Source: Gammaproteobacteria bacterium
Lineage (GTDB): Bacteria; Pseudomonadota; Gammaproteobacteria; Eutrophobiales; Eutrophobiaceae
Direction of reading: 5' to 3'
DNA: 64,000 bases
Assembly (NCBI GenBank): GCA_965215365.1
Contig: CBDCDS010000003.1
Location: 1,696,001-1,760,000, forward strand
Below are positions 1 through 8,905 of this stretch, in pieces. The notes below the pieces were generated by a model, which was given only the letters and a program-made list of their open reading frames with translations, did not search any database and was not told the DNA's origin. The translations under genes and the position numbers were made by a program. Numbering within the stretch: position 1 is the stretch's first letter; every line of letters begins with the position of its first letter.

Positions 1-63
1 ATACCAGCCCCGTGCAACATTTATCGCATGAATCAGAGATAATTTATCGCATGATTCTACACA
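1..63 (-). mobile_element. Probable transposon/IS terminus (TGT end with two 13-bp subterminal direct repeats) abutting the Calx-beta gene
   Basis: ATTTATCGCATGA at 19-31 and 42-54 (23-bp period), then ...TTCTACACA. On the minus strand this reads TGT(GT)AGAATCATGCGATAAAT, an architecture seen in IS21 and Tn7/Tn552-like ends. Confidence 0.4.
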
Positions 64-2378
64 CGACCCTCACGGCCACGACCGACAGTACCGATGAGCC
101 GTATAACACCGAGGCCGTGGTCATCGAATTAGGCACGCCGCCCGCCGGCACCAACAAGGGCAGTCCCGCCGAGGTGACCGTCACCCTCATTGACAACAAC
201 CCCACCACCGTGACGCTAGCTGCCACCGCCGGGGATATCACCGAAGGCGCCACCAAGACCTTCACCGTCACCTCAGCGCGCGCCCTAGTCGCCGGCGAGG
301 TGCTGCCGGTGCCGCTGACCTTCACCGGTACGGCCACCCGCAACACCGACTACACCGTAGCTTGTCCGGACACCCTGCCCACCGGGGTGAGCTGTAACAA
401 CCTCAATACTGCCGCCACCCCCACCGTGACCTTCACCGGCCCGGCTGCTATGGCCGTGACCGTCACGCTGACGAGCACCACGGACAATACCACCGAGAGC
501 GGCGGTGAGACCGTGGATATTGGTTTGGGCACACTCAATGCCAGCTCCGGCACGAACTTAGGCGGCGGTGCTGCCGGCACGGACAACTTAGACACCTTCA
601 CTATCAATGACCCGCCCGCCGCCGGCGCGCTGCCCTTAACATTAGCCGCCATCGCCACGGACAATACCATCAACCTCGCCGAGAGGGCCGCCGGCTTTGC
701 TATTAGTGGCACCACCGGCAGCGAGGCCGGCGTGGCGGTGACGGTGACGGTGACTGCCAGTAAGAACGGGCTCACTGCCGCCGCAGTGACCCGCGCCCTC
801 ACGGTTGATCTCAGCGCACCCACGGCACCCACCTACACCGCGCCGGATACGCTGACGGTGGAAGATGCCGCCGGCAACCCGGCTGAGACCACGATTGATT
901 TCCCGGCGGTGGACGCGGAAATAATCAGGGTTGTTGGAGGAGGCGAAGACGTTGCTGTGACGGTTGTTGAAATGTCGACAGCCGTTGAACTGGAGGCTAT
1001 GGCGCCGACATCCGAGGCCGTGCGTCGGCAGGTGTCACCTTCGGAAGATGTCGTGTTTGCGGTGTCTCCTGTAGTGATAGAGCAGGTGGGTGACAGGCAG
1101 CTTGCCGAGGGTGAGGGGAGGTTTACGTTCTGTCTGCCGCGCGGCTCGGTTCCTGCCGGTTATACGGCGGTGATTTACCTTGCCAGCGGGGGTGATGGCA
1201 GTGAATCTTCGCATTGGGTGGCATTGCCCAATCAACAAGATGAGCCATTGCGGCAACGGGTGTGTGCGACCGTGTCAGGGTTTTCCATGTTTCGGGTGGG
1301 TTATGATGCACAAGCCGCACAAGATGAGGTGTTGGGCGTATTATCGATAAGCAGTGCCAGTGTGCGCGAGTTTGTCGGTGCACTGTTCTTCGATGTCAGG
1401 TTGAACAAGCCGGCGGCGCAGGTGGTGACGGTGGCTTATGCCACACAGGCGGGTACGGCCACGCGCGAGGTGGACTATAAGCATACGTCAGGTACACTGA
1501 GGTTCGAGGTGGGTGAGACGCACAAGCAGGTTAAGGTGAATATATTGGACGATGATGTGGTTGAGGGGATTGAGTACTTCGAGCTGGTGCTGAGCGCCCC
1601 GGTTAATGCCAGCTTGGCGCAAGCTGTGGCGACCGGCACGATTGTTGACGATGATCGCGTGCGTCTGTTCCTTCGTCATGCCAGTGCCGCTGAGGGCGCC
1701 GGCGAGATGATTTTCAGGATGGAGCTTGAGCCGTGGAGTGAAGAGCAGGTGACGGTGGACTATACAACTGTTGATCGCGCGGCACTGGCGGGCGTTGATT
1801 ACACTGCGGTCGCCGGCACGCTTACATTTGCACCGGGGCAGCGGCGCAAGGTGCTGCGGGTGCCGCTGATTGATGATGCGGTGCATGAAGACACGGAGTC
1901 GTTCACGGTGCAGTTCAGCAATCTGGTCAATGCTGAGTTCGAGCGGCTCAAGGCGGTTAATGGTTGGGTGTATGATGACGATGTGCGCGCCATCAGGGTG
2001 TCCCCGTCGATGATGCAGATGAGCGAAGGGTCAACGGAGCGTTGCACGATAGTGCTGGCCACGCAGCCCACGGGTGAGGTGACGCTGGAATTGACTACGA
2101 ATAACCGAGCTGTACAGTTGTCGCCGGCGCGACTGACTTTCGATGCGAGCAACTGGTCACGTCCGCAGCAGGTGACGGTAACGGTGCCGGCAGATACGAA
2201 TATGTTCGATGACGAGGCGCTGTTGACGTACAAGGCACGCGGCGCTGACTACGAGGCGATGCAGGGAGAGACGATATTGTACATTGAAGATATGAACCGC
2301 CCTGATAATGACGGGTTGCGCGATACGGCGCCGATCATATATCCTGACAGCCCGTTCACTCCGTTGGGTAACTTCTGA
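12..2378 (+). CDS. Calx-beta/Ig-like repeat surface protein, probably a 5'-truncated mosaic remnant
   Basis: Two Calx-beta-like repeats (VTVAYATQAGTA..DY..SGTLRF..GET.KQVKVNILDD; VTVDYTTVDRAA.AGVDY..AGTLTFAPG..IDD) and Thr/Ala-rich Ig-like repeats. No signal peptide, and the ORF starts mid-domain. Confidence 0.75.
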   Translation: MQHLSHESEIIYRMILHTTLTATTDSTDEPYNTEAVVIELGTPPAGTNKGSPAEVTVTLIDNNPTTVTLAATAGDITEGATKTFTVTSARALVAGEVLPVPLTFTGTATRNTDYTVACPDTLPTGVSCNNLNTAATPTVTFTGPAAMAVTVTLTSTTDNTTESGGETVDIGLGTLNASSGTNLGGGAAGTDNLDTFTINDPPAAGALPLTLAAIATDNTINLAERAAGFAISGTTGSEAGVAVTVTVTASKNGLTAAAVTRALTVDLSAPTAPTYTAPDTLTVEDAAGNPAETTIDFPAVDAEIIRVVGGGEDVAVTVVEMSTAVELEAMAPTSEAVRRQVSPSEDVVFAVSPVVIEQVGDRQLAEGEGRFTFCLPRGSVPAGYTAVIYLASGGDGSESSHWVALPNQQDEPLRQRVCATVSGFSMFRVGYDAQAAQDEVLGVLSISSASVREFVGALFFDVRLNKPAAQVVTVAYATQAGTATREVDYKHTSGTLRFEVGETHKQVKVNILDDDVVEGIEYFELVLSAPVNASLAQAVATGTIVDDDRVRLFLRHASAAEGAGEMIFRMELEPWSEEQVTVDYTTVDRAALAGVDYTAVAGTLTFAPGQRRKVLRVPLIDDAVHEDTESFTVQFSNLVNAEFERLKAVNGWVYDDDVRAIRVSPSMMQMSEGSTERCTIVLATQPTGEVTLELTTNNRAVQLSPARLTFDASNWSRPQQVTVTVPADTNMFDDEALLTYKARGADYEAMQGETILYIEDMNRPDNDGLRDTAPIIYPDSPFTPLGNF

Positions 2379-2398
2379 CGTGATGCTTTCTTCGCATC

Positions 2399-2417
2399 AC
2401 TTGGTGAGATCTGCGGG
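2399..2417 (-). repeat. IS-like end repeat (CCCGCAGATCTCACCAAGT family), copy 1
   Basis: acttggtgagatctgcggg followed by ttaa. The same motif occurs at 24736, 25463, 38132 and 60329-60389. Confidence 0.7.
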
Positions 2418-2426
2418 TTAAAGCAG

Positions 2427-2535
2427 ATGCGATTTGAAGAGGCTTATTGTGGTTGGACGGAACGACTCTTGAAGCAGGAGGAACTGGCGCAGTTATTGGG
2501 TGTGTGCGCCCGGACCTTCCAGCATTACATGGCCG
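2427..2535 (+). pseudogene. N-terminal fragment of an HTH-containing transposase (ISNCY-like)
   Basis: MRFEEAYCGWTERLLKQEELAQLLGVCARTFQHY resembles the N-terminal HTH of ISNCY-type transposases; no catalytic domain follows. Confidence 0.6.
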
Positions 2536-2555
2536 GTATGTTGTTCGGAGTTTGC

Positions 2556-3110
2556 TTAGGCCGCAAGGGTTTCGATGACATCGCCCTTGCGTTGCAGTAC
2601 GGTCACGCCCTGCGCCAGGGCCGCCTGCTTCAGCGCGTCATGGAAGTGGAAGGCGGCCAGCGCCAAGCGCTGCCGGCGGTCGGCATGTTCCGGGAATAAG
2701 CGCCGGAAGTTGGGCGCTTTCTGGTCCAGCAAGCGCGCCAAGTCGTTCTCATGTGCCTTGTACTTCACTTCCACGACAAACACTTCGCGACCGTTCACTA
2801 ACAGCAGGTCAAACTCGTCCTCAAGGCCGGCGCGGCTGCGGGTGATGTTCCGGTCGACGAAGTCGAAGCGCACCCCGGCCAGCACCGGATTGGCCTTGAG
2901 GCTGTTGTGATAGAACTCCTCAGCCGCCGCCCCCAGGCTGTTGCCAACGCCGCCATACATTTCCGCCAGACGGTTCAGCTTGGCCTCGGTCTTCGCCTGC
3001 TGGACAGCGTTTTTCGCCAGCTGGGCATCAGTCCTCGCCAGCTGGGCATCAGTACGGTCTTGCGCGACGGCCAAGCCGGCAACCAGCGCTTTCAGTTCCT
3101 CATCAGTCAT
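2556..3110 (-). CDS. Coiled-coil heptad-repeat protein with a C-terminal PD-(D/E)XK-like domain (DUF3782-like)
   Basis: N-terminal RTDAQLA heptads, then GNSLGAAAEEFY...EFDLLLVNG..VFVVEVK nuclease-like motif. Confidence 0.7.
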   Translation of the reverse strand: MTDEELKALVAGLAVAQDRTDAQLARTDAQLAKNAVQQAKTEAKLNRLAEMYGGVGNSLGAAAEEFYHNSLKANPVLAGVRFDFVDRNITRSRAGLEDEFDLLLVNGREVFVVEVKYKAHENDLARLLDQKAPNFRRLFPEHADRRQRLALAAFHFHDALKQAALAQGVTVLQRKGDVIETLAA

Positions 3111-3341
3111 GGCAAAACCCTCTCAACGAAGCGGCGGCTCAGTACATCCTGTCGGCGTTCGCGCCGGCATTGATGGCGCCAACAACAGGCTTTCCTGACA
3201 TCGGGCTGCTGCACCCTGTCCCCTGCCTGCGCCGCGCACGGTTTACCACCGGTTTCTATCACTGCATACATAGCCCTTACATCTGTTAACAGCTCAGGAG
3301 AGACATTCTATATCACTCAGGTTTGAAATAAAAAGGCCCGG

Positions 3342-3917
3342 CTACTGCCTGTGGAACGGCATCTTGCGCCCGGAAAACCGGGTTTTCAGGAATTCCATCT
3401 GGTCGGCCAGTATTTTCCTGTTGGACAGAGCCAGATACTCGGCCCAGTTGGGCACGTAAGGCACTGCCAGCAATGACATCTTCGCCTCGTCGGGAGTCTT
3501 GTTGCCCTTGCGGGTATTGCAGGAACGGCAGGCGGTGACGACATTGGACCAGCGGTCCTTGCCCCCGCGTGAGATGGGAATGACATGATCGCGGGTCAGG
3601 GCGCCGCCGCGGCCGCTGTTGTTGCCGCAATACATGCAGATATGGGCGTCGCGTAGAAACAGCTCGCGGTTGGTCAACGGCGGCACGTTACGGTACACAT
3701 GCTTGTGATTGCGCGAATGCTTGATGGCAATAATGGAGTTGATCGAGATGCTGGAACGCAGCCCGGTCAACCTGCAGTTGCCGCCATGGAACGTGAACGT
3801 TTCATCGCCGGCGGTCCAGCCCACCATGTCGCGGCAATACAGACTCACCGCGTCCTGCCAGGGGATCCAGGTCACCGGCATACCGGAAATATCAAGTCGC
3901 AAGATAAGTGGTTTCAT
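3342..3917 (-). CDS. HNH endonuclease (McrA-like)
   Basis: RD..ICMYCG..LTRDHVIPISRGG.DRWSNVVTACRSCN..KG motif. Confidence 0.9.
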   Translation of the reverse strand: MKPLILRLDISGMPVTWIPWQDAVSLYCRDMVGWTAGDETFTFHGGNCRLTGLRSSISINSIIAIKHSRNHKHVYRNVPPLTNRELFLRDAHICMYCGNNSGRGGALTRDHVIPISRGGKDRWSNVVTACRSCNTRKGNKTPDEAKMSLLAVPYVPNWAEYLALSNRKILADQMEFLKTRFSGRKMPFHRQ

Positions 3918-3983
3918 GTGTTAATCTAGTACTACAGTCGATTTTTGTATCAACCCCGGCGGGTCCTCGTAACGCAGACCTAA

Positions 3984-4027
3984 GGCCGCCTCTAAAAATG
4001 CCACGGAGGGTATTTTTACAGGTTCCC
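3984..4027. repeat. Multi-hairpin MITE family, stand-alone terminal hairpin H
   Basis: ggccgcctctaaaaatgccacggagggtatttttacaggttccc matches the end of the long copies at 14216, 25490 and 57173. Confidence 0.75.
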
Positions 4028-4057
4028 ATAACAATAGCTCGCAAAAATTACCGGAAT

Positions 4058-4870
4058 ATGAAGATATTACAGGCAATGCAGGAACTGATCAACATCATGG
4101 CGGCCTTGCGCGACCCGGATACGGGCTGCCCCTGGGATCGGGAGCAGACCCTGCAATCCATTGTTCCCCATACCCTGGAGGAAGTCTATGAACTGGTGGA
4201 TGCCATTGAGCATGGCAGTATGGAAGATCTTCGGGATGAGTTGGGTGATTTGCTGTTCCACGTCGTGTTCTATGCGCACCTGGCCATGGAGACCGGCGCC
4301 TTCGACTTTGCGGAGGTGGCAGCGGGGGTCTGCGCGAAGCTCAGGCGTCGGCATCCTCACGTTTTTGCCGGGCAGCAGGTAGCTTCAAGTGCAGAGGTAC
4401 AGCGTAACTGGGAGCAGCTCAAGCGGGAGGAGAACGGCGCCCGGCAGTCAGGCATGTATCTGGATAATATCGCCCGCGCGCTGCCGGCAGCGCTGCGCGC
4501 AGAGAAATTACAAAAGCGCGCCGCCACAGTCGGTTTCGACTGGGCTGAGTCCGGCCCGGTGCTGGCCAGGCTGGAAGAAGAAATCGGTGAACTGAAACAG
4601 GCCATGATCGAAGCGCAAGGAAGCGCCCGCCTGCACGCCGAACTGGGCGATGTGCTGTTTGCCACCGTCAACCTTGCCAGACATCTTGAGTTAAGCTCTG
4701 AAACCGCACTGCGCGCAGCCAACACCAGGTTTGAACAGCGTTTTCACTACATTCAGGCGACCCTAGAGGCGGCCGGGGAAGACCTGGACAGCGCCTCTTT
4801 GGAACGCATGGAGGAACTATGGGAGGAAGCGAAACAGGCTGAAGATCAAGGCAAGCTGGGGCTTACTTAA
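4058..4870 (+). CDS. mazG: Nucleoside triphosphate pyrophosphohydrolase MazG
   Basis: GCPWDREQT..SI.PHTLEEVYE..DAI...ELGDLL..RRHPHVF and a second EE.GE..ELGDVLF repeat; start placed at ATG 4058. Confidence 0.95.
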   Translation: MKILQAMQELINIMAALRDPDTGCPWDREQTLQSIVPHTLEEVYELVDAIEHGSMEDLRDELGDLLFHVVFYAHLAMETGAFDFAEVAAGVCAKLRRRHPHVFAGQQVASSAEVQRNWEQLKREENGARQSGMYLDNIARALPAALRAEKLQKRAATVGFDWAESGPVLARLEEEIGELKQAMIEAQGSARLHAELGDVLFATVNLARHLELSSETALRAANTRFEQRFHYIQATLEAAGEDLDSASLERMEELWEEAKQAEDQGKLGLT

Positions 4871-5048
4871 AGTACCTTATCAATTACGCCCAGTGCAATC
4901 AGGATGCTGACGCCAACGACCAGCATATTCAATTTAGTGTCTATGCGTTCCAGACGACGCCCCAATCATTGAGCTCGTCCGAGGCTTTTATAGCCTTGTC
5001 TTCGGTTGCGCCAGCGTCGACTAGCACTCTGTACAGTGCGGTTGTCAT
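4867..5048 (-). pseudogene. Frameshifted small coiled-coil protein with a C-terminal membrane anchor (similar to 48761-48973)
   Basis: MTTALYRVLVDAGATEDKAIKASDELNDW, then a 1-nt shift at a G4 run (4960-4963) to GRRLERIDTKLNMLVVGVSILIALGVIDKVL*. Confidence 0.6.
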
Positions 5049-5065
5049 GCTGGCAGTATAGCATA

Positions 5066-5956
5066 TTAATTCTCTCTTTCCACAATATAACGCGCAAGCT
5101 CACGTAGCGTCCCGGCTTCGGCGCCGAAATCCGCCAGATTCTCCAGGGCCTCGTCCAACGCCTGACGCGCGGCGCGTTTTGCGCCCTCCAGTCCCAGCAG
5201 GCTGGGATAGGTAGCCTTGTTGCGCTCCAGGTCGGAGCCCTGCGGTTTGCCCAGGGTTTCGGTGTCGCTTTCAATGTCGAGCACATCGTCATGAATTTGA
5301 AAAGCCAGACCGATGCATTGCGCGTAACGGGACACCCGTTCAAAGCGCTGCTCAGCCACCGGCGTCGAACAGAGTGCGCCCAGCTCAACGCTGGCCCGGA
5401 TCAGCGCGCCGGTTTTGTACGCATGCATGGTTTGCAGTTCTGCTAGGGTCAGCCCCCTGTTTTCGGCTTCCAGATCGATGGCCTGGCCACCGGCCATGCC
5501 CAGCGACCCGGCAGCATGCGCCAGCACGCCGAGCATCCGTAACCGCTGTGCGGGAGGAACCGGTATGGCAGTATCCTGCGCCAGCGCCTGGAACGCCAGC
5601 GCTTGCAGGGCGTCGCCGGCGAGGATGGCCGTGGCCTCGCCGTAAGCCTTATGGCAGGTAGGGCGCCCGCGTCGCAGGTTGTCATCATCCATCGCTGGCA
5701 GGTCATCGTGGATGAGTGAATAGGTATGGATCATTTCCACCGCACAAGCACAGGCATCGAGGGCTGCCGGTTCGACCTTGAAGGCCTCGCCACCGGCATA
5801 GACCAGCACCGGCCTGATACGTTTGCCGCCGGCGAAAACCGCATAGCGGATGGCTTCATGCAGGGATTTGGGCGCTACCGTTGACGCCGGTATCCAGCGC
5901 TCTAGGGTGGCGTTGACCCGGGCCTGATAGTCAGACAGTTTTTCGGCAAAGGTCAA
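5066..5956 (-). CDS. ispA: Farnesyl diphosphate synthase
   Basis: GGKRIRP, SLIHDDLPAMDDDNLRRGRPTCH, GLAFQIHDDVLD, KATYP; lies downstream of xseB. Confidence 0.97.
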   Translation of the reverse strand: MTFAEKLSDYQARVNATLERWIPASTVAPKSLHEAIRYAVFAGGKRIRPVLVYAGGEAFKVEPAALDACACAVEMIHTYSLIHDDLPAMDDDNLRRGRPTCHKAYGEATAILAGDALQALAFQALAQDTAIPVPPAQRLRMLGVLAHAAGSLGMAGGQAIDLEAENRGLTLAELQTMHAYKTGALIRASVELGALCSTPVAEQRFERVSRYAQCIGLAFQIHDDVLDIESDTETLGKPQGSDLERNKATYPSLLGLEGAKRAARQALDEALENLADFGAEAGTLRELARYIVEREN

Positions 5957-5972
5957 GGGCGACTATCCCCAT

Positions 5973-6221
5973 TCATAGTTCTTGCGCGCGTTCCGGCGCA
6001 AATCCGGCCAGTTCCCCGCTGTCATTATCCTGAGTCAAAATTCGCACTTTCTGCTCGGCCGCCGCCAGGGCTTGCTGGCAGCTGCGGGTCAGGCTGACGC
6101 CGCGCTCGAACTGTTGCAGGGATTCTTCTAGGGTCAGGTCGCCTTTCTCCATGGTTTCGACCAGCTGCTCCAGTTCCGCCAGCGCTTTTTCAAAATCGAT
6201 TTCAGGTTTGGTATCGGACAC
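5973..6221 (-). CDS. xseB: Exodeoxyribonuclease VII small subunit
   Basis: FEKALAELEQLVETMEKGDLTLEESLQQFERGVSL..CQQAL..AEQKV; conserved xseB-ispA order. Confidence 0.97.
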   Translation of the reverse strand: MSDTKPEIDFEKALAELEQLVETMEKGDLTLEESLQQFERGVSLTRSCQQALAAAEQKVRILTQDNDSGELAGFAPERAQEL

Positions 6222-6334
6222 AAGCCGGCCTCCGGTGAATAATGGCTTCGATTGTACCGCACATTTACCGTCCAGGTAAAAATCCGGTGTATTCCCTAAT
6301 CGACAATTAGAAATCGGTATAAATAGAAAAATCC

Positions 6335-6398
6335 TGTCCGGGTTCAGAGCAGCACCTCCCTGTGCTGCACGGGTGCCTCATGTTTGTGAGAGGCACCC
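6335..6398. repeat. Orphan IS481 end (TGTCCGGGTTCAGA) fused to hairpins B+A of the multi-hairpin MITE
   Basis: 6335-6348 matches the IS481 TIR at 8268-8281 and 54375. 6349-6398 gcagcacctccctgtgctgcacgggtgcctc...gaggcaccc matches the right part of 14216-14366. Confidence 0.7.
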
Positions 6399-6434
6399 GT
6401 TAGTTTATTGGCCAGCTGTGCGGCCCGCACTCGG

Positions 6435-7068
6435 CTACTGGTTCCCTCCGAGAAGCTCACCCGCCAGACCGACCCTCGCGCAGCCCCTGCCGCCCATGAA
6501 CAGGAAGTAGGCGCTGCCAGTTTCCGTCCATTGGCGGGTGTTTACGGGCGGGCTGAAGACCGGCACCACCATCTCACCGGGGCCTTGATTGGGATTGTTG
6601 GCATTGCGGTTGGTCCAGATGCGGGCACCGGCCTTGGGGCGCACCTCGATGATGTTCTCGCCAAGCACACCGCCGGAGAAATTGATACTCCTATTCCCAT
6701 CCGGGTTGCGCCACTGGTTGTTGCCGATCGCCGCAGTCCGCCACTCCCAGTCGCTGAAAGTGGAGCCGAAATCGTTTGCTGAGGTAATGAATCCTATGTT
6801 GATGTTGAAGCTTTGCCGCGTCACGCTGGAATTGGTGGACGACAGGATCAGCTTCATGCGGCCGGGCGTGGCGTGGTCACCGCAGCCGTCCACAACTTGC
6901 GAAACCGATGCAAGCGAGACGGTGCAGATGCTGCCGGTGCAAGTAGGAGGCGTTTGCGCCTGCGCCGGTCCTGCAAGCAGCAGGAAGCAGAGCATCGCGG
7001 CGGCGGGCGCCGCGAGGGCCGTCAGTCTAGTGGGGGGGGGGGGGGGGTAAAAGTGTATCTCGTTTCAT
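6435..7068 (-). CDS. Secreted protein with a poly-C tract in its signal peptide, currently out of frame; probably 3'-truncated
   Basis: AGGAG RBS, ATG at 7068 MKRDTLL, C16 tract (7032-7047), then the frame TRLTALAAPAAAMLCFLLLAGPAQA|QTPPTC (signal peptidase I-like site). Confidence 0.6.
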
Positions 7069-7146
7069 TGTCTGTCTCCTGATGGTTGAGTAAAACAACT
7101 CATCGGCACCGATTATACTATAATGGTCAGGAAAAGTCAAAAAAAC

Positions 7147-8281
7147 TGTCCAGGTTCAATACATATGAGACTCAGAGGCAGGCTGTGTGAGTTGTTGATA
7201 ATACTCCATTGGGGTTAATAAACCCATACCGTCATGCGGCCGGTAGGTATTGTAGTATTGCTGATACTCGGCCAGTTTGCGGTTGATGGCGGCCACGGTC
7301 AGTGGACCCTCGTAGAACGGATAGAACTCATAGCGGCTGGTGGCATTGGCGCGTTCTACACAGCCGTTGTATTCGGGTTTTTTCGGGGGCAGCACGTACA
7401 GGGGGATTCCTAAGTCCTGGCAAGCCTGCTCGAACTCATCTTAAGAACTCCGAGCCGCCATCGACTTGGATAGAACGGATGGGAAACGGCGCCTCACCGA
7501 GCAGCGCCTTTAAGAAGCGCCGGGCATTGCCACTGGTGGCCCGACTGTAGGCTCGCAGCGCACTCCATTTGCTCACCGGACAGACGGCCTTGAACTCCTT
7601 CACCGTGACGCCGTCCGTGAAGCCGACACTCATGTGGTCTATCTGCATCAACTCCCCCGGCGCCTTAGCCTTCATCCCGTAGCGCCAGCGCTTGGCATGA
7701 TGGGTAAACGCCCGGCGGCGCTTAGGCTTCACCCGGCCATAGTAAAACGCCACCGGCTTGACCCGACCTAGCCGCACCCGCTTCGCCACGATGCGCCCGA
7801 CCGTACTCTCGCTCAAAGTCCAGCCCTGCTCGCGCACCCCCACCCGCCAGAGCTTACGCTTGCCCCATAACGGATAACGTTGGCGAAGGTGCAAGACCTG
7901 CTGCTCGTGCTGGCGCGTCCATTGCGGCACACGCCGCCGCCGCGGCGCACGAGAGCCACACCCCAGACCCTTCAGCCCATGTTCACGATACCGCTTCAAC
8001 CAACGGTAGTAGGTCGCCCTCGACCCACCTACTGCTGCCAGTGCCGTCGCCTCACCACACCCATCCTCGCGTAACGTCGCAACTAATTCCAACTGCTGCA
8101 AACGACCGAGCGCGTCAGCATCGGTAGTATCATCGACGCGCCAACTGCGATATGATTTCACCCGCTTACCTTTTGATCTGCATCGGGTAGTCCTCCTGTG
8201 TAAGTTAATCGAAATCACTTTACACACTTAACTACCCGATTTCTTTATCTAAAGAGTCTCACTTGTTTCTGAACCCGGACA
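7147..8281 (-). mobile_element. IS481-family insertion sequence with frameshifted transposase
   Basis: TIRs TGTCCAGGTTCA (7147) and TGAACCCGGACA (8270-8281). Integrase-core motifs PGELMQIDH, IQVDGGSEF and KPEYNGCVERAN are split over ORFs 7436-8227 and 7156-7395; no target duplication seen. Confidence 0.9.
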
Positions 8282-8285
8282 GAAG

Positions 8286-8313
8286 TTGACACCGGTGCGG
8301 GAATGAGTAGAAT
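8286..8313 (+). promoter_or_regulatory. Putative sigma70 promoter of the rubrerythrin operon
   Basis: TTGACA (8286-8291), 16 bp, TAGAAT (8308-8313), upstream of a GAGGAG RBS. Confidence 0.5.
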
Positions 8314-8359
8314 CGACTCGCCATCAACCATAACACAGTAATCCCGAGGAGAAACACAG

Positions 8360-8779
8360 ATGAGTTTGAAAGGCACCAGAACTGAAGATAACCTGAAAGC
8401 GGCATTTGCCGGGGAGTCCCAGGCTAACCGTCGTTACCTGTATTTTGCCCAGAAAGCCGATGTGGAAGGCTTCAACGACGTATCTGCCGTGTTCCGCTCG
8501 ACTGCGGAAGGCGAAACCGGCCATGCCCATGGCCACCTGGAATACCTGGAAGAGGTGGGCGATCCGGCCACAGGCGAGCCGATCGGTTCCACCGCGAACA
8601 ACCTGAAAGCCGCAATCGCCGGAGAAACCCACGAGTACACCGATATGTATCCCGGCATGGCGAAGACTGCGCGGGACGAAGGTCTGGACGAGATCGCCGA
8701 CTGGTTCGAAACACTGGCCAAGGCGGAACGTTCCCATGCCAACCGCTTTCAGAAGGCGCTGGATAATCTTGACGCCTGA
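8360..8779 (+). CDS. rbr: Rubrerythrin (short type lacking the rubredoxin domain)
   Basis: [23 protein letters not shown]; E.GHA; GETHEY..MYP; AERSHA diiron motifs. Confidence 0.95.
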   Translation: MSLKGTRTEDNLKAAFAGESQANRRYLYFAQKADVEGFNDVSAVFRSTAEGETGHAHGHLEYLEEVGDPATGEPIGSTANNLKAAIAGETHEYTDMYPGMAKTARDEGLDEIADWFETLAKAERSHANRFQKALDNLDA

Positions 8780-8794
8780 TTTGAGCGGGCTTCG

Positions 8795-8833
8795 AGTAAC
8801 ATCTAAAAATGCCATCCATGGCATTTTTAGAGA
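8795..8833. repeat. Degenerate hairpin H of the multi-hairpin MITE
   Basis: agtaacatctaaaaatgccatccatggcatttttagaga resembles ggtaacctctaaaaataccctccgtggtatttttagaga at 14216. Confidence 0.65.
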
Positions 8834-8838
8834 ATACC

Positions 8839-8866
8839 GAGCCGGGCGCTGTCCCGGCTCTTTTTT
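8839..8866 (+). terminator. Intrinsic terminator after rubrerythrin
   Basis: gagccggg-cgctgt-cccggctc stem followed by T6. Confidence 0.75.
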
Positions 8867-8905
8867 ATTGCCATTGGTATCATCTCTGACTATCGGTGTC
8901 GCCCT

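Noticed and set aside
3342-4870. HNH plus MazG as an anti-phage pair
   Set aside because: The genes are divergent with host-like composition, and MazG is the full-length tandem-domain housekeeping type.
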